From a virus (taxonomy: Duplodnaviria > Heunggongvirae > Uroviricota > Caudoviricetes), in IMG/VR virus record IMGVR_UViG_2602041549_000006, positions 1 to 9,199 of that record: DNA of 9,199 nucleotides; one strand, written 5' to 3'. This document shows, piece after piece, positions 7,075 to 9,199 of the stretch (position 1 is the stretch's first letter; every line of letters starts with the position of its first letter). The translations under genes and the position numbers were made by a program. The notes beneath the pieces were generated by a model, which was given only the letters and a program-made list of their open reading frames with translations, was not told the origin of the DNA and ran no database searches.

Positions 7075-7109
7075 GCGCTTTGTCAGCGCCCCATCGAAGT
7101 TAAAGAGCA
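7075..7109 (-). promoter_or_regulatory. nutL: boxA (TGCTCTTTA) and boxB hairpin (GCGCTGACAAAGCGC)
   Basis: On the minus strand: boxA-like TGCTCTTTA, a 12-nt spacer, then a 4-bp GCGC stem closing a loop that contains GACAA. This matches my recollection of P22 nutL boxB. It lies between the predicted PL and N. Confidence 0.7.
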
Positions 7110-7154
7110 TGCCAATCTGTTCCGTTTGGCTTCCAGCTTCCTGCTGATGGCTAA

Positions 7155-7183
7155 ATAGTACGATGTGTACTTTATTGAGTCAA
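7155..7183 (-). promoter_or_regulatory. PL candidate: -35 TTGACT (7178-7183), 17-bp spacer, -10 TACTAT (7155-7160), overlapped by operator-like palindromes
   Basis: Hexamers read on the minus strand. The 13-bp perfect palindrome TATTGAGTCAATA (7173-7185) overlaps the -35 and AGTAC-N5-GTACT (7157-7171) overlaps the -10/spacer. Confidence 0.5.
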
Positions 7184-7242
7184 TACAAAATGTTCTAAAT
7201 ATAATTAGTTTTTTATAACGCTTTGTATTTAATAGGTTTATA

Positions 7243-7278
7243 TTTTGGAAAAAGAAAACCCGACGCTAAGGTCGGGTT
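7243..7278 (-). terminator. Intrinsic terminator downstream of cI (weaker on the plus strand)
   Basis: 8-bp stem AACCCGAC/GTCGGGTT with a 6-nt loop; on the minus strand it is followed by TTCTTTTTCC, on the plus strand by ATTGTTGTGTATTTT. Confidence 0.6.
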
Positions 7279-7308
7279 ATTGTTGTGTATTTTAGAGTTG
7301 TGAGGCTG

Positions 7309-7968
7309 TTAACTAAATGTCTCTTCAGGCCACTGGCTGGCGATAACTTTCCCTACTACGGAACAGCTATCATTGCATGGAATCATTGGATATTGCGGGT
7401 TTAGTGGCTGTAGGAACACCTGACCGCTATCCCTGATCAGTTTCTTGAAGGTAAACTCATCACCTCCAAGTCTGGCTATGCAAAAATCACCGGGCTCAAT
7501 AGCCTGCTCAGGGTCAACAAGAATTAACATCCCGTCAGGAAAGCTTGGCTTGGATCCTGTTGGCGCGGTCATGGAATTACCTTCAACCTCAAGCCAGAAT
7601 GCAGAATCACTGGCTTTTTTGGTTGTGCTTACCCATCTCTCCGCATCACCTTTGGTAAAGGTTCTAAGCTCAGGCGAGAACATCCCGGCCTGAACATGAG
7701 AAAAAACAGGGTACTCATATTGTTTTTTAACGGGGGCAGATGAGTATTCGCCAACAGGTGAAAATGTACCGTCGTGGTTGAATGAGACGTTATCAATACC
7801 AAGGTATTTAAACACCACACCAATCTCGTCAAGAGATGGATGACGAGATCCGCGCAACCAGTGACCAATTCCACCCTGCGTCATACCAAGCTCTTCAGCT
7901 AACTTCTCTTGAGTTATGCCGAGTTCTTTCATTCTGGATCTAGCCAGTTCATACCATTTCATTTTCAT
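7309..7968 (-). CDS. cI: CI-type prophage repressor (219 aa): non-lambda N-terminal HTH domain fused to a lambda-cI-like LexA/S24 C-terminal domain
   Basis: The C-terminal about 130 aa ([19 protein letters not shown] ... [12 protein letters not shown]) is near-identical to lambda cI as I recall it, including the Ala-Gly cleavage site and the Ser and Lys of the catalytic dyad; the N-terminal about 85 aa is different. ATG at 7968-7966 with an AAGGA SD; the track ORF extends to 8043. Confidence 0.9.
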   Translation of the reverse strand: MKMKWYELARSRMKELGITQEKLAEELGMTQGGIGHWLRGSRHPSLDEIGVVFKYLGIDNVSFNHDGTFSPVGEYSSAPVKKQYEYPVFSHVQAGMFSPELRTFTKGDAERWVSTTKKASDSAFWLEVEGNSMTAPTGSKPSFPDGMLILVDPEQAIEPGDFCIARLGGDEFTFKKLIRDSGQVFLQPLNPQYPMIPCNDSCSVVGKVIASQWPEETFS

Positions 7969-8024
7969 ATCCTTATTATTACGCTCTGTACTAAAACCAT
8001 CCATGCACAAGATGTATTTTTTGT

Positions 8025-8053
8025 TTGCATTCCAAAAGTACATATCGTATTAT
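8025..8053 (+). promoter_or_regulatory. PR candidate: -35 TTGCAT (8025-8030), 17 bp, -10 TATTAT (8048-8053), inside the OR region 7969-8079
   Basis: Best sigma70-like match on the plus strand upstream of cro; SD GGAGGG at 8071-8076. Operator half-sites could not be defined confidently; AGTACATATCGTATT (8036-8050) and ATTACGCTCTGTACT (7979-7993) resemble the OL element. Confidence 0.4.
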
Positions 8054-8079
8054 TGTTTCATGATTACTATGGAGGGCAT

Positions 8080-8295
8080 ATGAGCAACCTACGAAAATAT
8101 CGAGAGTCACTGAATATCTCTCAAACAACACTTGCTAAGGCGGTTGGATGCACACAGGGAGCTATCGGACATTGGGAATCTGGTCGTCGCTTCCCAGACC
8201 TTAAAACATGCCGTGCTCTTGTTGCGTGCCTAAACAAGTTAGGCGCAAAAGTCAGTCTTGATGACGTGTTCCCACCGGAACACAAAGCCGCTTAA
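8080..8295 (+). CDS. cro: Cro-like HTH repressor (71 aa)
   Basis: Divergent from cI across a 111-bp operator region; ATG at 8080 with a GGAGGG SD; HTH segment QTTLAKAVGCTQGAIGHWESG. The track ORF 7909..8295 is an upstream extension without an SD. Confidence 0.8.
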   Translation: MSNLRKYRESLNISQTTLAKAVGCTQGAIGHWESGRRFPDLKTCRALVACLNKLGAKVSLDDVFPPEHKAA

Positions 8296-8305
8296 TAAGC
8301 GGATC

Positions 8306-8340
8306 CGCTCTTTATCAATCTGCACCGCCGACAACGCGGT
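8306..8340 (+). promoter_or_regulatory. nutR: boxA (CGCTCTTTA, 8306-8314) and boxB hairpin (ACCGC-cGACAAc-GCGGT, 8324-8340)
   Basis: Consensus boxA followed 9 nt later by a 5-bp stem whose loop contains GACAA, the same loop core as the nutL boxB, as expected for a P22-type N. Confidence 0.7.
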
Positions 8341-8352
8341 AACTAATTAAGC

Positions 8353-8385
8353 ACTCATCGAAAGATGAGTATTAGTGATTATTTA
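8353..8385 (+). terminator. tR1-position hairpin (ACTCATC-GAAA-GATGAGT) followed by a weakly T-rich tract
   Basis: 7-bp stem with a GAAA tetraloop between nutR and cII; the downstream tract ATTAGTGATTATTTA is only moderately U-rich, so this may be a weak or N-suppressible terminator. Confidence 0.35.
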
Positions 8386-8394
8386 CCTATGGAA

Positions 8395-8437
8395 ATAGTA
8401 AGAAATGGAACAAACAAGTTACAGCAAACTATCACAG
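8395..8437 (-). promoter_or_regulatory. PRE-like CII-dependent promoter: TTGC-N6-TTGT box (8424-8437) and -10 TACTAT (8395-8400)
   Basis: On the minus strand TTGCtgtaacTTGT lies at codons 7-11 of cII, analogous to the lambda TTGC-N6-TTGC site in early cII codons; a 17-bp spacer then TACTAT. Confidence 0.4.
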
Positions 8438-8701
8438 CGCGATGTTGATCGCGCAGAAACAGATTTACTTATCAACCTGTCAACGCTTACACAGCGCGGT
8501 CTGGCAAAGATGATTGGCTGTCATGAATCGAAGATAAGCAGAACGGACTGGAGATTTATTGCTTCGGTCTTGTGTGCTTTCGGAATGGCATCAGACATCA
8601 GTCCGATTAGCAGGGCTTTTAAGTATGCGCTTGATGGACTCACCAATAAAAAACGCCCGGCGGCAACCGAGCGTTCTTATCAAATACAAATGGAATTTTA
8701 A
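8405..8701 (+). CDS. cII: CII transcriptional activator (98 aa)
   Basis: The C-terminus LTNKKRPAATERSYQIQMEF is nearly identical to lambda CII (ILTNKKRPAATERSEQIQMEF, recalled); length and position after cro and nutR fit. Confidence 0.9.
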   Translation: MEQTSYSKLSQRDVDRAETDLLINLSTLTQRGLAKMIGCHESKISRTDWRFIASVLCAFGMASDISPISRAFKYALDGLTNKKRPAATERSYQIQMEF

Positions 8702-8712
8702 CAACATCCAGC
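8646..8712 (-). ncRNA. OOP-like antisense RNA overlapping the 3' end of cII (terminator 8645-8673, putative -10 TATAAT at 8719-8724)
   Basis: On the minus strand: stem CGCUCGG/CCGGGCG (one G-U pair), loop UUGCCG, then UUUUUUAUU; matches my recollection of the lambda oop terminator. A TATAAT hexamer lies about 70 nt upstream on the minus strand. The 5' end is inferred. Confidence 0.5.
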
Positions 8713-8723
8713 GAGGTAATTAT

Positions 8724-8867
8724 ATGCGAAAAACGCAGGAAAATAAACGCGTTAATCACCGAAAAGATGTGCTACGTGACCAGTTTTATCAGGGGGTTAA
8801 TCCAGCAATAGCTGTGCCACTGAGAGAAATACTTAACAGGTACAAAACTTCGGAGAAGTCAAAATGA
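8724..8867 (+). CDS. Small hypothetical basic protein (47 aa) between cII and the replication gene
   Basis: ATG at 8724 with a GAGGT SD; stop overlaps the next start as ATGA. The track ORF 8559..8867 extends upstream into cII in another frame. Confidence 0.4.
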   Translation: MRKTQENKRVNHRKDVLRDQFYQGVNPAIAVPLREILNRYKTSEKSK

Positions 8868-9199
8868 GCATGAATCTTATGGCTAAGGCCATGAATATAA
8901 AGGTTGGCAACCCACTGAGAAAACTGGTTCTGATTAAACTTGCCGATAACGCCAATGATAATGGCGAATGCTGGCCTTCATATCAACATGTCGCTGACCA
9001 GTGTGAGGTGAGCAGATCGACAGTAAAAAGTCACATTAGGGCACTGGAAGAGATGGGGCTTTTGAAAAGGGAATTCAGAAGAAAAGGAGAGCTTAACCAG
9101 TCAAACGTTTTTTATCTGACGCTGGATAATGCACAACAAATCCAACCAGAATCAGGTGGGGCAGGAGCTGCCCGGGGTGGGGCAGGAGCTGCCCGGGGT
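8864..9199 (+). CDS. Replication initiator, O-like, with N-terminal winged-HTH (5' partial, runs off the window end)
   Basis: Open frame from the ATG at 8864 to the window end (112 codons, no stop). The translation MSMNLMAKAMNIKVGNPLRKLVLIKLADNANDNGECWPSYQHVADQCEVSRSTVKSHIRALEEMGLLKR is HTH-like and the gene is in the O position; iteron-like repeats lie inside it. Confidence 0.65.
   Translation, partial: MSMNLMAKAMNIKVGNPLRKLVLIKLADNANDNGECWPSYQHVADQCEVSRSTVKSHIRALEEMGLLKREFRRKGELNQSNVFYLTLDNAQQIQPESGGAGAARGGAGAARG
9155..9199 (+). repeat. Iteron-like direct repeats (putative ori): 21-bp unit GGTGGGGCAGGAGCTGCCCGG, two exact copies plus the start of a third at the window edge
   Basis: Exact tandem copies at 9155-9175 and 9176-9196; each unit contains the dyad GGGCAG-gag-CTGCCC. 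In frame they encode a Gly/Ala-rich linker (GGAGAARG repeated). Confidence 0.6.

Noticed and set aside
6620-7103. N extended to 7039, and plus-strand ORFs 6628..6840 and 6909..7103
   Set aside because: The extension adds 28 residues with no SD upstream of the recognisable N start (MTVIVYGK...); the plus-strand ORFs are antisense to N and its leader.
7309-8043. cI extended to 8043 (244 aa), and nested ORFs 7445..7693 (+) and 7629..7874 (-)
   Set aside because: The extension would start inside the operator region and add a non-homologous N-terminus; the ATG at 7968 with an SD gives a proper HTH start. The nested ORFs are alternative frames of cI.
8065-8070. TACTAT as an alternative -10 for PR
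   Set aside because: No acceptable -35 at 16-18 bp spacing, and it would place the transcription start on top of the SD.
7909-8295. 128-aa version of cro starting at 7909
   Set aside because: It would begin inside cI on the opposite strand and read across the operators; the ATG at 8080 with a GGAGGG SD gives a 71-aa Cro-sized protein.
8559-8867. 102-aa ORF overlapping the cII 3' end
   Set aside because: Its 5' half is an alternative frame of cII; only the 47-aa portion from the ATG at 8724 has an SD.
9155-9199. Tandem repeats as a CRISPR array
   Set aside because: The units abut directly with no spacers, are only 21 bp, and lie inside a replication gene; they are iteron-like, not CRISPR.

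Overview
This window reads as the control core of a lambdoid (lambda/P22-mosaic) prophage from an enterobacterial host. From left to right: (i) 1-6955, the leftward early-left (PL) operon on the minus strand, holding accessory genes (small membrane protein, DUF551-like, a possible PD-(D/E)XK protein, two Ea22-like coiled-coil proteins), a recombination module (3'-5' DEDD exonuclease, HNH endonuclease, SSB, Rad52-like annealing protein), kil-position and cIII-like genes, an AT-rich moron of unknown function coupled to N, and N itself; (ii) 6956-7308, nutL, PL/OL and the cI terminator; (iii) 7309-8295, the immunity region with divergent cI and cro; (iv) 8296-9199, the start of the rightward operon with nutR, cII (with PRE and an OOP-like antisense terminator), a small ORF, and the 5' part of a replication initiator whose iteron-like 21-bp repeats run off the window end. 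The best candidate for an undescribed function is the 156-aa AT-rich ORF (6141-6611) sitting in the ral/sieB position directly after N. All calls come from reading the sequence and the ORF translations and from remembered protein and RNA motifs; no database search was run. No tRNA, rRNA, CRISPR array or IS element was seen.
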